Shown here piece after piece: positions 1 to 14,324 of a DNA stretch of 64,000 nt. Source of the stretch: Octopus vulgaris (taxonomy: Eukaryota); the NCBI GenBank assembly GCA_951406725.2, contig OX597830.1:50468001-50532000 (forward strand), read 5' to 3'. How positions within the stretch are numbered: position 1 is the stretch's first letter; each line of letters starts with the position of its first letter. Below the pieces are notes generated by a model that was not told the origin of the DNA, did no database searches, and was given only the letters and a program-made list of their open reading frames with translations. A program made the position numbers and the translations under genes.

Positions 1-330
1 AAAGGTGATAGGGTCTTAGTGAGTAGCCTATTATTATGGGAGGCGATTATCTGGGCGAGGTTTTTAGTGTTGGAGAAAGCTATCCTAACTTTATGCGAGT
101 TAACCGTGGAGTAATATTTGGAATTTCTGGGGAAGTTATTGGCGATGGCTTGTCTAAACATGAGGGGGAGGTTAGTTCTAATCTGCTTACCAAAGGGGAT
201 TACAAACCATATATGCTTATTCCTATCAGTGTGATGGATCGGGACGCCAGGGGAATTACTCCTGTAAGACAAACGGGGCTTGGTTTTTTCACAGCGGGGG
301 GTTTCCTTGACAAGGCAGGCTTAGATGAAC
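1..330 (-). mobile_element. Penelope-like retroelement ORF fragment (linker between RT and GIY-YIG), runs off the window start
   Basis: Minus-strand translation of 227-1: DRNKHIWFVIPFGKQIRTNLPLMFRQAIANNFPRNSKYYSTVNSHKVRIAFSNTKNLAQIIASHNNRLL. This matches the PLE linker pattern IWF-P...TN...FP...N...KISYS...N...I.SHN and is homologous to the ORF at 62111-62398. Confidence 0.75.
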
Positions 331-496
331 ACACACACACATAAAACATGATATATATTTTTTTTTTTTCTGCCACCCAACGGTTATCACGGCAGTAGCC
401 ACTGACAGCCGAACGATCAAACGCACACACGTACACAAAAAATGTTTTCTACCCCTACGCCAACACACACATATATAGAACAGTATACACACACAC

Positions 497-1053
497 ACGT
501 CTCTAAGTAGATTTTTTCTCGCCCCTTATAAAACATCCAATATTCTTTAAATAGTCAGAACTTTATTCTCGGTCACAAAGAACATCTACGCACCCTCACC
601 CACATGATTGACCGATGCTTGACCCGTTGAATTCTTCAGCCACCGGTTCTCAACATACACTGATAAACAGTTTCGCCATGGGCTCTTAGGAGCATAGTTC
701 GATTTGTTTTTGCTCCGCCTCTGTTCTGTTTTTGTTTTTCCAACGGATTTCCTATTTTCTTCCTGAAGAGAAAGACACAATATGGTCCCATTATTCCATC
801 GGATTTTGGTAATTTGTGCCTTTCGAAACACGTGTAGAATGAAATAAAACGATTTCTGTTCAATCTGCGTTCAGCTCCATTTCTTCAATTCACCAATAAT
901 GTTCTAATTTCAATTATCCGCACCAACGCACGGTTGCAACACCATATGGTTGTACCTCCAACCGTGCTGTTTTACTGCTGTGATTTTTGCTACTAAGGTA
1001 TCGGTTAAACTTTTGATTAATCTACTACAAGATTATTCATCTTTCTATTTCAC

Positions 1054-1056
<3 letters not shown>
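497..1056 (+). mobile_element. PLE pseudo-LTR-like 3' terminus, inverted relative to the PLE body at 1-330, ending in (TA)n
   Basis: Contains a hammerhead at 753-846. Its tail (TTTGCTACTAAGGTATCGGTTAA...AAGATTATTCAT) is homologous to 60650-60715. Faint GIY-YIG C-terminal traces (TSLSRF, APYK, LN.SEL) near 498-575. Confidence 0.6.
753..846 (+). ncRNA. Type I hammerhead ribozyme with canonical core, predicted cleavage after GUA at 836
   Basis: Stem I TATTTTCTTC/GAATGAAATA (9/10 pairs); CTGAAGA 763-769; stem II GAAAGACACAA/TTGTGCCTTTC; GAAA 825-828; palindromic stem III ACACGTGT. Confidence 0.8.
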
Positions 1057-1095
<39 letters not shown>

Positions 1096-1101
1096 AAGGA
1101 T

Positions 1102-1648
1102 AAAGACCCCCTTCAGTCATGAATGACCATGGGATTGCACCTAGAAAGTTACCCTCCTAGACACAAGTCCGGGCAAGGTTGTTTATGGAAGACCAGCAGT
1201 TGCCCATGCATACCAGCCTCCCTCTCCACGCCACCAGTGTTATCCAAGAGAAAGACAAAGGTCGATACAGCTTGGCACCAGTGACGTCGCAACTCATTTC
1301 TACAGTTGAGTGAACTGGAGCAACGTGAAATAAAGTGCCTTGCTCAAGAACACAACACGCAGCCCGGTCCGGAAAGACCCCCTTCGGTCATTAATGACCA
1401 TGGGATTGCACCTAGAAAGTTACCCTCCTAGACACAAGTCCGGGCAAGGTTGTTTATGGAAGACCAGCAGTCGCCCATGCATACCAGCCTCCCTCCCCAC
1501 GCCACCAGTGTTATCCAAGAGAAAGACAAAGGTCGATACAGCTTGGCACCAGTGACGTCGCAACTCATTTCTACAGCTGAGTGAACTGGAGCAACGTGAA
1601 ATAAAGTGCCTTGCTCAAGAACACAACACGCAGCCCGATCCGGGATTC
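1102..1648 (-). mobile_element. SINE family C, two tandem ~271-bp units, 5'-truncated
   Basis: 1102-1372 and 1373-1648 are near-identical direct repeats; reverse complement matches the tRNA-headed copy at 4026-4283. Confidence 0.8.
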
Positions 1649-1684
<36 letters not shown>

Positions 1685-1696
1685 GTATATATAAAA

Positions 1697-1925
1697 GGCG
1701 GCGAGCTGGCAGACACGTTAGAACACCGGGCGAAATGCTTAGCGGTATTTCGTCTGTCGTTACGTTCTGAGTTCACATTCCGCCGAGGTTGACTTTGCCT
1801 TTCATCCTTTCGGAGTCGATAAATAAAGTACCAGTTTCGCACTGAAGGCGATGTAATCGACTTAGTCCCTTTGTCTGTCCTTGTTTGTTCCCTCTATGTT
1901 TAGCCCATTGTGAGCAATAAAGAAA
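1697..1925 (+). mobile_element. tRNA-derived SINE family A, full length
   Basis: Head GGCGGCGAGCTGGCAGA, B-box-like GAGTTCACATTCC, core CTTTGCCTTTCATCCTTTCGG.GTCGATAAA..AGTACCAG, tail AATAAAGAAA; many copies in window. Confidence 0.9.
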
Positions 1926-1934
1926 AAAAAAATA

Positions 1935-1990
<56 letters not shown>

Positions 1991-1994
<4 letters not shown>

Positions 1995-2195
1995 ATCCAA
2001 ACAAGAAAACGCAAAAAACACAACAACGCGAGGACGTAGAACAAATATAGTATTATTGGACGCTCAGGAAAGAAGGAAAGAAGGAGGGTTTAACGATTCG
2101 AGCGGAGCTCTTCGTCGGAAACATATGAGAAGGAAAGCTCCAGAGAAGGGAAGACAGAGGAAAAAAATCGCCAACGGTACACACGAGGTCACATT
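1991..2195 (-). mobile_element. ~205-bp HHR-bearing element in (TA)n, copy 1 (degenerate minimal HHR at 2088-2122)
   Basis: Same termini (GTTAATCCAAAC...GGTCACATT) as 22263-22473; minus strand GTTT-CCGACGA-A-GAGC-TCC-GCTC-GAAT-CGTT-AAAC (GAAA mutated to GAAT). Confidence 0.65.
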
Positions 2196-2205
2196 TTTAT
2201 ATATT

Positions 2206-2236
<31 letters not shown>

Positions 2237-2303
2237 GAACGTATGGCGTTACATATATGTATGTATTTGTATGTATATGTAGTTACACTTATGTATATAT
2301 GCT

Positions 2304-2334
<31 letters not shown>

Positions 2335-2384
2335 ATCTGTCTGTCTGTCTGTCTGTCCGTCCTTCCGTCCACGATCCGTCCGTC

Positions 2385-2416
<32 letters not shown>

Positions 2417-2661
2417 GCAGAGTAACAATTATAAAGTACTTTAAAATATATTCGCATAGTGCATACAATATGTTGGGTAAAATAAAAAAAAAAAGCCACA
2501 CAGCCGTCAACCCACAGACACACAGACACACCAACAAATACAGCTATTTGTGTCTATGAGTGTGCCTGCGTGACCAACAGATCTAAGCAGTCGGTGGAGG
2601 ACCAGGTGAGATAGTGTGAACCACAGACCAAGTACCGCTCACCCATCCTGCGACAACTACC

Positions 2662-2894
2662 TATTTCTTTACTACCCACAATGGGGCTAAACACAGAGAG
2701 GACAAACTAGGACAGACAAACGGATTAGGTCGATTATATCGACCCCAGTACGTAACTGGTACTTATTTAATCGACTCCGAAAGGATGAAAGGCAAAGTCG
2801 ACCTCGGCGGAATTTGAACTCAGAACGTAACGGCAGACGAAATACCGATACAGCATTTCGCCCGGCGCGCTAACGTTTCTGCCAGCTCGCCACC
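2662..2894 (-). mobile_element. SINE family A, full length
   Basis: Reverse complement of the 1697-1925 consensus. Confidence 0.9.
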
Positions 2895-3257
2895 TTTTCT
2901 TACCACAACTACCACCGCCACTGTTAACATCACCTCTACAACCACCACCAATTTACCGAAGATTATACTGCTGTCATCAGTTGTCCATGTTTGCTGTTGT
3001 TTAGCATGGAGCGAATTATGACCGTATACAGAAATTATGAAAGACTTTCAAGCCATCACCATCCCAACTTCATTTCCACGTATTGTGCATCTTAGACTAC
3101 ATTAGATCATGCCTGCTTCCCATTGTTATAAGATAAACTTCTTTCAAAAGAAAACAGACATAAAATGACTTAAGGGGCATTTAGCGGCCTTTTCTAGCAG
3201 AGTAACAACCCCAGAAATGTTCCTTATTTATGTCTATTGTTGTTGTTGTTGATGTTG

Positions 3258-3406
3258 TCCGCCGAGGTTGACTTTGCCTTTCATCCCTTCGGGGTCGATT
3301 TAGTAAATACCAGTTATGCACTGGGGTCGATGTAATCGACTTAATCCCTTTGTCTGTCCTTGTTTGTACTCTCTGTGTTTAGCCCCATGTGGGTAGTAAA
3401 GAAATA
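3258..3406 (+). mobile_element. SINE family A, 5'-truncated
   Basis: Starts at TCCGCCGAGG and continues through core and tail. Confidence 0.85.
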
Positions 3407-4025
3407 TATTGTTCTTGTTGTTGTTTGTGTTTATCACAAAGAGTCGGTCTCTAATGCAATCGTACATCTTTCTCCGCCCTCTTTCTATATGCCCCCAGAC
3501 ACTCATTATTTTTATAAATATTAATTAACGGTATTACTTAAAGCTATTATTTTGGAATATTGCTTAAACAGCAAAATAATTTCATATTTTGGACCTTATG
3601 GCGTTTATGACGTTTTTATAATAAATATCACCACGAGAAACAGAAATGAATTAAAAAACCATGAGCTTGAAGCAACCGCTTTCGCACGTGTCATTCACAA
3701 AGGTTTCTAAACAAATCATAACTTTCATTTCATATTTAAAAAATAATAATTCAGAAAGTGAATATTCCAAATAGAACTAGGCTCGGTTTACCAGGTGATG
3801 TTCGGAAAGGAACAAGTCTAACTGTTAGAGATCGCATTAAGGTTTTATCAAACAGCTTCGTTCTGTGAGTTTATCTCGCCAAAGAAAGAATGTTTCACGA
3901 GGTTTGTTCCATGTGGCTCTTCGAGTTCAGTTTTACATCTTATTTCTAGCAATTGCAAATGCTATTTTTCACCATCATTTATATATAAGAAGCCCCTCCT
4001 ATATCAATCTATCTTATCTATCTGT

Positions 4026-4283
4026 GAAAGTACATGGCTCAGTGGTTAGCGCGTCGAGCTTACGATCGCGACGCAGTGAGCTCGAATCCCGGACCGAGCT
4101 GCGTGTTGTGTTCTTGAGCAAGACACTTTATTTCACGTTGCTCCAGTTCACTCAGCTGTAGAAATGAGTCGCGACGTCACTGGTGCCAAGTTGTATCGGC
4201 CTTTCACCAAACGTGTGCCTGGGAGGGTAACTTTCTAGGTGCAATCTCACGGTCAGTCATGACCGAAGAGGGTCTCAGCAGCA
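4026..4283 (+). mobile_element. tRNA-derived SINE family C with 15-bp TSD and internal deletion
   Basis: A-box TGGCTCAGTGG, B-box-like CTCGAATCCC; TSD ATCTTATCTATCTGT at 4011-4025 and 4284-4298. Confidence 0.85.
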
Positions 4284-4354
4284 ATCTTATCTATCTGTCT
4301 CTCTCTCCTCCTCCTCCTCCTCCTCCTCCTCCTTCTCCTCCTCCTCCTCCTCTC

Positions 4355-4432
<78 letters not shown>

Positions 4433-4436
<4 letters not shown>

Positions 4437-4511
4437 GGGCTTCTTTCAGTTTCCCTCTACCAAATCCACTCACAAGGCTTTGGTCAGCCGGAGGCTATAG
4501 TAGAAGACACC
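4433..4511 (-). mobile_element. SINE family B fragment
   Basis: CTTCTTTCAGTTTCC.TCTACCAAATCCACTCACAAGGCTTTGGTC matches 13687-14028 and 53125-53403. Confidence 0.75.
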
Positions 4512-4643
4512 ATATACATTATATATATGTACATATATATACATGTATATATATATATATACACACACAAACATATATACATATACATACATATTATATA
4601 CATATATATAGATATACATACATACATTCATACATACATACAT

Positions 4644-4714
<71 letters not shown>

Positions 4715-4754
4715 TATATGTATATATATATATATGTATAGGCAAATGTATATT

Positions 4755-4957
4755 TATTTCTTTATTGCCCACAAGGAGCTAAACACAGAGAGGACAAACA
4801 AGGACAGACAAAGGGATTAAGTCGATTACATCGACCCCAGTGCGTAACTGGTACCTTATTTATCGATCTCGAAAGGATGAAAGGCAAAGTCGTCCTCGGC
4901 GGAATTTGAACTCAGAACGTAATGGTAGACGAAATACAGCTAAGCATTTCACCCGGC
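4755..4957 (-). mobile_element. SINE family A, slightly 5'-truncated
   Basis: Reverse complement of the family A consensus. Confidence 0.88.
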
Positions 4958-5821
4958 CAGAAAAACAAGAAAAGCCAATTAGACGTAGACAGTGATTGTA
5001 TTAGATTGACGCTCAGTGAAGGTTTTAGGGATGGGAAAATAGGGGACGAAATGACGTTTCGGTGGTGGCTGTTTCGAAAACAGGTAAAAGTCCAGAGGTA
5101 TATTTTGAAACACTGGGGGCGATGTGATTGACTATTCCCCTCCCCACTAATTTCAGGTCCTGTGGCCTTATTAGAAAGGAATATTAACAATGTGTTACCA
5201 GAGCAATCACAGGAGAAGTCGTGAAGTATGGGTGGTGTGGAGTGGCTTCACCCAATTTTTAACAGTGGTTACCATTTTTGGAATCAAGTTGAATGAAAAT
5301 TCTCTTCAGTTGTCGAAGACTATTTAACGTTATTCTGGCTCGGTTCTTAATTTCGTGGCAGAACGAATAAATCGAACTGGCTGACCGAAACAAGCCAATG
5401 GCGTTGCAGAGTTTATTTCCCAAAGGGCGACAATCTGTTACGATGATAGAAAACACCGCCACCACAACCACCACTACCACCACCACCAACAACAACAACA
5501 AGAACAACGCTATCGATTATGACTATGATGCTTGTGATGATTGTGATTGTGGTGATGATATCGATGATAAAAGAGATTCTGAAAGAAATAGGATGAATGA
5601 GCTGTAGAGTTCATTGAAGTGGTTAATTAATCTGGGACCAATTCTAATTTTTCTTTCCTTTAATTTGTTTCTTCTTTGGGAGGAAGGAAACTAGGAAATC
5701 TTTCTGATATTTTCCAAATACTGAAAACTTCAATTTGGAATTGGATGTTAGAATGGACAAATTACACGTGTGTATGTGTGTGTATGTATGTGTGTGTATG
5801 TATGTGTGTGTATGTGTGTGC

Positions 5822-5991
<170 letters not shown>

Positions 5992-5992
5992 A

Positions 5993-6035
<43 letters not shown>

Positions 6036-6317
6036 GCCATACACATGCACATGCATTAATACATATGTGTGTATGTGTGTTTATGTGTGTACATCTGTGT
6101 ATGTGCGCGCGTGGGCGTTCGTGTGTGTGTATTTATACATATATGCATATATATGTGCAGGTATGTGTATACATATAAATATGTATATATATATTTACAC
6201 ATACATACATTCATACATACATACACGTATATATGTGTGTGTGTACATATAATAGAAAAACATACAACAGCAAAAGCAGAAATAATGAAGATAGTATCGG
6301 CTCCTCCGCCATTACGG

Positions 6318-6417
6318 NNNNNNNNNNNNNNNNNNNNNNNNNNNNNNNNNNNNNNNNNNNNNNNNNNNNNNNNNNNNNNNNNNNNNNNNNNNNNNNNNNN
6401 NNNNNNNNNNNNNNNNN
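6318..6417. other. Assembly gap (100 N)
   Basis: Run of exactly 100 N; truncates the left TIR of the Tc1 element. Confidence 0.99.
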
Positions 6418-8016
6418 TGTTTTTGTCAGAAAAGTAGATATAAGTTTTTATCAAAGTTGTTATATATTCTATAATTTTCAACGACAATAAACACGATATT
6501 AATTGGTATTGTCTGAGATTTTGGTGTAATTTGAGAGGATAATACAAAAGTTATGAATGATATAGTGATTTACTGCAAAACGCATGGTGGCCAAAATGAT
6601 CAAAACGGTTGAAGAAATAACAAAATAATCAAAAACTGACAGAGAATGCTGGAATTATTTCATATTTAGTGTGAAGCCCTTTAGCTTCAATCAAAGTTTG
6701 ACATTTTCGACTGCATGGGGAAATTAAATGTTCAATTTCTTGCTGGGTGATCTTATTCCATTCTTCCTAAAGGGCATTCCATAATTGCTCGGTTGTTTTA
6801 GGATTTCTGGCTTTCAAACGTTCTCCGAGAATATTCCACACATTTTCAATAGGAATGAGATCTGGGCTTTGAGCGCAGGCCAATCGATAACAATAACCTT
6901 TTCAGCCTTGAGGAAGTTCATGACCACCTTAGCCTTGTGACATGGGGCATTGTCTTGCATGAATATGGGTGGTCGCTTAGTTGAATTTCTCAGCACAAGC
7001 AAGACATGATCTTTTACAAGTTGTTTATAAACTCCTGCATTTACCTTTCCATGTAATCGCACCAAAGTTCCTACAACATCTCCAGATATCATCCCCCAAA
7101 CCATGTCACTTCCTCCACCGAATTTAACACTAGTCTTAAGGCATTTAGGTGACAATTTTTCACCTGCTTTTCGACGAACGTACCTTTTCCCATCTGAGCC
7201 AAATAACATAGACTTAGATTCATCACTGAAATGCACCGTTTGCCATTTTTCTTGAGACCACAACACATGTTCGGTTGCAAAGGTAAGACGACAACTTTTT
7301 ATTCTTGGAGCTGATCAGTGACTTCACTGCAGGTGCTCTTGCTTGTAGGTCATGTTCAACTAAAGGACGAGACACAGTTTTTCGAGATAAAGTTTACTTC
7401 AGTACAATGCTCATTTCCCGAGAAACAGCAGCAGCAGTTTTAAATCTGTCCTTTTTAACCAACTTTACCATAGCACGATCTTCTCTCTTGATCGTTTTTC
7501 TTGGCCTACCTGTAGACTTTCTTGCTTCACACGAACCACAATCATCGTAGACCTTAAGAATACCGTGAACAACATTTTTTGACTTGTTAACAATCTTTGC
7601 AATTTAATACTTAAATTATCCTTCTTTCGAAGCTTAATAATCTGCTGACGAATTGGTAACGGAGTAAGTGGCATTATATTAACAAAGTACACTGCAGATA
7701 TTCTTACTAATGTTTAGTAAACGAACTGTCACGTAAACAAATTCAAAACATTAGAGTTCGACGGTTAAATATACTAAAACATGGAGTAAAAGCAACTGTT
7801 CTGATCATATTGGCCGCCATGGGTTTTGCAGTAAATCACTAAATCATCAATAACTTTTGTATTATCCTCTCAAATTACACCAAAAGCTCAGACAATAACA
7901 AATAATATAGTATTTATTGTCTATGAAAATTATAGAATATAAAACAACTTTGATAAAAACTTATACCTACTTTTCTGACGAAAACAACGCCGTTCTGAAC
8001 ATTTTGGCCGCAACTA
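6418..8016 (-). mobile_element. Tc1-family DNA transposon with ~220-bp IR/DR-type TIRs
   Basis: 6418-6611 is an inverted copy of ~7793-7986. The right TIR has direct repeats at its inner and outer ends (CTGTTCTGATCATATTGGCCGC and CCGTTCTGAACATTTTGGCCGC). Confidence 0.92.
6659..7674 (-). pseudogene. Tc1 transposase pseudogene (DD34E), frameshifted
   Basis: N-terminus MPLTPLPIRQQIIKLR; motifs WQTVHFSDESK, VKFGGGSDMVWG, FMQDNAPCHKAK, DWPA, then frameshift to SPDLIPIENVW; C-terminus IEAKGLHTKY. Confidence 0.92.
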
Positions 8017-9025
<1,009 letters not shown>

Positions 9026-9070
9026 ATTTAAAGCTGCATCTACGCAAAACAGTGGCTAGCAATAAACGAC

Positions 9071-9369
9071 CTTTAGGCTAGTGAAAATATGTGACATATT
9101 TCAACATCTAAAGGCAAAATCGCAACAGGGAACATGGAGAAAAATCGATCTCTTATGGTAAAAGGTGTAAAAACATGATATCTGCCCGCCTTGTAGCTAC
9201 TGTGTAGGGTGATTTCTCTCCGTCATTTCCCATTCAGGACTGCTACAGAGCAGGTTTGGTGTTTTTACACTTTTTAATATGTGAGATAATTTTTTACTCT
9301 ACGGTAACCGCAGTGAATTTGACTTTAAATGTTAAAATATGGTATAAAAATATTGTGACTAACCTAAAG
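9071..9369. repeat. Degenerate ~300-bp fold-back (MITE-like or PLE hairpin) between TA tracts
   Basis: Nested inverted matches: CTTTAGGCTAGTGAAAATAT/ATATTGTGACTAACCTAAAG, CATATTTCAACATCTAAAGGCAAAATC/GAATTTGACTTTAAATGTTAAAATATG, GTGTAAAAACA/TGTTTTTACAC. Confidence 0.65.
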
Positions 9370-9371
9370 TT

Positions 9372-9406
<35 letters not shown>

Positions 9407-10760
9407 ACTCTCTCAATACCTCTATTTCTCTCCCCCTCTTTTTCTTTCGTTGTAGCTAGCTAACTTGCTTTCTATATTCATATATGTACATACATATATC
9501 TTCATATTTATTAATTTACAAATGTATAAGTGTGTATATACAAACATGCATATACGCACGCACGCGCACATATGCATACACACACATACACTCACACAAA
9601 CACACACACGTTTATATATACACATATATCAACAAACAAACATTATATACATAGACATACGCTTATTTTGTGTGTTACATGTGAAGTCTACAGACCTGTC
9701 ATCACTATGCCGTTCATCTGTTGTTGCACCTGAATAACAATTTAAAAGAGTTAAGCAAACCCCTTGGAATAATAATTACATTCATCGTTTTGATGCCCTT
9801 TTTATTCTCCCTCATCACTACACAAATTTATATTCTATAAAAGTTTCCTTCGTGTTATGCTAATCCGTTTCCGATTCATTTCTCTTCATTATTTCCATAT
9901 AATAAAACTTTCTCCAAAGACCTTTTATAGAAAATACTTAGTTCTTTGTATCAGATTTATCGTTGTTTTCGTTTTTCGCAATGAGAACTAATCATTTATA
10001 TTTATTTGTTAATTATCGTCTTTTTGTAAATGATACATTGTCAAGGCGCGGAGTTTAAATTATTCACATTAACGGGTTCATCACTGTTCTTTAAATAAAA
10101 TCAATCAGTTATGTCTTTGAGAGGTGTTAAAGACATTTACATTTCGTAGTAAATTAGCTTAAAACAAAACAAACCATTGAACTTTCTATAAATAGAGAAT
10201 ATAACAATGGCTTAACGATTTCTGAAAACATTTTCTAAACACTTGAAACGGTATTAGGATCATCAACAGCAGTATCAACAATGATGATGATAATGGCAGT
10301 TCTTCCTGTCCCAGGACATGGAGAAGAGAAGCAAACACTTATGTGGCTACGTAAACCGATCCTTGAGAGACAGGTTCTGGGTCACTCGTTTAAATATTTC
10401 GGCTTTGGTCAGATGGAAATTGCGACGATGACGCTCAGTTTTTGGCGTTTTTCGTCAGCCGCAGTTGCTCTGACCTTCTCGAAGTTGCTCGTAACAGTCT
10501 GCAAAATTATTTATAAAACTGTGAGAAATAGTAGCTAAACCTCTTTCAACCTGCAAGCTTTCAATTTAGAAAAAAAAGGTAAGACACATTATATAATATA
10601 AAACTAAATGCGTAATAGGTTATAAAAAACAGAATGGTCAGAGCGCAAACTAAGACTTTCATGTTATGTTTTTCTCTCTTTTGGACAGTTTTGAGGAGAA
10701 ACTGATGATGATGATCATGATGATGATGATCATGATGAAAATGAATGAATAAATAAAGAA

Positions 10761-10827
<67 letters not shown>

Positions 10828-11151
10828 TAATAATAATAATAATGATATTATTATTTTTATTAGCCATAAGGGCCCAATTGTTACTAAGGGTACACAGGAA
10901 GAAAAAAACTGGATAACAGCGAACAAGAAATAATGGACGTTTTACATGGAGTAAATGTGTGAGATCAATGATAAGAATAAAGAATAAAGAAGAAAAAAAA
11001 ACTGAAATCAGGATGAATGAAAGAAAACAACAATACAAGGACACACAGACACATAACACATGCAGAAGCACACACAGAGAAAGAAACTCGTACACAGAGA
11101 AGCATTCACGTATACACAAACACGCACAAACGTACGCATAGAAGAACACAC

Positions 11152-11208
<57 letters not shown>

Positions 11209-11649
11209 ATACGTGGAACTTCCCAAAACTTGGCTTTTCAAAGACATTTTAGAACACAGCATGAAAACTGGTTTTAACGCGTAACTCTCCACGTCGAGAA
11301 AACCTGCCATTTTAAGACAATCGGAATAACATAAAAAATCATTGGAAACGTTACCGAGAAGAAGAAGTAGAAGAAGAAGAAGAAGAAGAAGAAGAAGAAG
11401 AAGAAGAAGAAGAAGAAGAAGAAGAAGAAGAAGGAGAAGAAGAAGGAGAAGAAAAGAAGAAAAAACAGAACACGAAGGTATGTAAGACTGGCGTACCGAT
11501 TCTAACGTGTCTTCCAGCAAATAATGGTATTCTCTGCTGTGATTTAGCAGCAGACCATGCTTTCACGACCCCACTCATTCCTGTGTCCACCCTCTTTTTT
11601 CTAGTTCTCCTTCAGTACCTTTCTTTCTTTCTTCCTTCCTTTCTTTCTG

Positions 11650-11684
<35 letters not shown>

Positions 11685-11821
11685 ATCTATATTTAACTCT
11701 CTCTCACACTCTAATTCTACGTGTGCCTTGTGAATATGTATATATACATATATACATATATGTATGTATATATATATATTCATAAATATATCCGTATATG
11801 TATATATATCCGTATATATCC

Positions 11822-11912
<91 letters not shown>

Positions 11913-13326
11913 TATACATATATATACATATATATATATATATACATACATACATACATACATACATACATACATGTATATGCATATATATACACGTCAA
12001 AGTTGATACGTAAATATATCATACATATATATATATAATTACCTCCACCACCACCAACACCACCACACACACACACACACACACACATATCGTTTGGAAA
12101 TATGAGAGATATATAGAGAGGAAAGGTAGATGCAGAGGAAAAATAAAAGTATAATACTCATACACACACACAGATACACACACACACACACGCAAATTCT
12201 CTTTCTTTGTCTTTCTTTCTCTTGCTCTCTCTCTTCCCTACCCACAATCCTTACTTCGCTTCTGTAACTTCGACAGAACCACATATATTTTGTGCTTTAG
12301 CGAAAGGACATGGACATTCTTCTCCATCTCTTCTTTATTCATCCCCAACGTTTCATCGCCATCTTACATTCCCTTCTCCTTCTGCTCCTTCGCGTACTTC
12401 TTCTGTCTCTAACGTAAGAAAGATCTTTTGAGATGCCAGATAACGCAATGGATTTCTCAATGTGTGTTGCCGGAGGATGTAATAATGATAGGTGATCAAG
12501 TCGACCCTTCTATACAGCCACACAATTAAACAGATCGAAATACAATCGCCACTATTGCAGATCACGCATGCGCATGAACGCTTTCTTACTTTCGTGTTGG
12601 CATGTCTTTGTTCCTTTCTGTTGCTTATTTATTGTTTGTGTTTTTGTATGGTCTGTTTGCTTTTGTTTCCTCATTTTTTTTGCTCTCTTTTTGTTTTCTT
12701 TTCGTCATTTCTTTTTTCTTTTCGATTATCTTCTGCAATATATAGAATATATAATTAATTGGCTGTTTCAGCGTCTGACGTCATATGGGAGGAAGAGAGA
12801 GAGGGGAGGAAGGTGAAGCGAGAGAGAGAGAGAGAGAGAGAAGGAGAGAAGGAGAGAGAGAATGAGGAAGAGAGAACAGAAACGTACCAGAAATAACTAT
12901 GTATGTATACATATATACAACAGAACCATACATACAAATGTACTTTCGTATATACATATGTATGCCCGTGTGTGTGTGTATGGTCAGGACGCATACAAAT
13001 ATATAAATGAATGAATAAGTAAATAAATGAATGAATAAAGAAGGAAAGAAAAAAAGAAAGAAAGGTTTTTGTGTCGGCAGCAATGGCTGCCTGACTAACA
13101 ATCAAGTTAGTTGCACGAAAGTCTAGGAATAGTTTTTCTACTCCGAGTTGACACATAAAGACTTCAGAAACAGCACAACTCTAATAGAAAGTAGAATGGG
13201 AGACTTTTCATGGGTTTTTGTAACGAAAAAATACCGCCCTAAAGATATACATACTTACATATACACGCTTATATATACTTAACCAACACATACACATATA
13301 TACACGTGCAAACACACACACACACA

Positions 13327-13382
<56 letters not shown>

Positions 13383-13686
13383 CATATACATACGCACACA
13401 AGCACATACATATCTGTACACAGGTGCCTGCGTGAGCGAAGGCATGTTTTTATGATGTTTTCCCGAATATTTCAAGAAATCAATACACTTTGCAAAGTGT
13501 ATAAATTACGCCATTAAATCCATACAAGCTCACATATACACAAATACTGTATATATATATATACATATACATACATATATATATATATACATATACATAT
13601 ATATATATATATATACATGTACATATCTACTTACCCCCCGCACACACAAACGCATGCATACACACAGATACACGAATATATACCAA

Positions 13687-14028
13687 CTTTAGTCGAGCAA
13701 TTCTTTGTAAGCCTAGTACTTATTCTATCGGTGTCTTTTGTCGAACCTCTAAGTTACTGGGACGTAAGCACATCAGCATTGGTTGTCAAGCGAAGTTGGG
13801 GGGACACACATAGACACACAAACATATACATCTCTCTCTCTCCCCCTCTTTCTCTCTCTCTCTCTCTCTCTATGTATTTCCGTTTCCATCTACCAAATCC
13901 ACTCACATGGGTTTGGTCGGCCCGAGGGTATAGTAGAAGACACTTGCCCAAGGTGCCACGCAGTGGGACTGAACCGGGAACCATGTGCTTGGTAAGCAAG
14001 CTACTTACAACACAGCCGTTCCTGCGCC
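13687..14028 (-). mobile_element. tRNA-derived SINE family B (CORE-like CCTTGGGCAAGTG) with internal microsatellite
   Basis: Minus strand head GGCGCAGGAACGGCTGTGTTGTAAG, B-box GGTTCAGTCCC; homologous to 19836-20170 and 55193-55582. Confidence 0.88.
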
Positions 14029-14030
14029 TA

Positions 14031-14087
<57 letters not shown>

Positions 14088-14142
14088 GTCTATAAGTATA
14101 CGTATGTGCATATTTATATGCATATATATATATGTATATATG

Positions 14143-14211
<69 letters not shown>

Positions 14212-14250
14212 ACATATAGTTGTATATATGCATTTGTATATATATATATG

Positions 14251-14324
<74 letters not shown>

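Noticed and set aside
10281-10538. 85-aa non-repetitive ORF and nearby splice-like sites
   Set aside because: No recognisable domain, and minus-strand frames close quickly.
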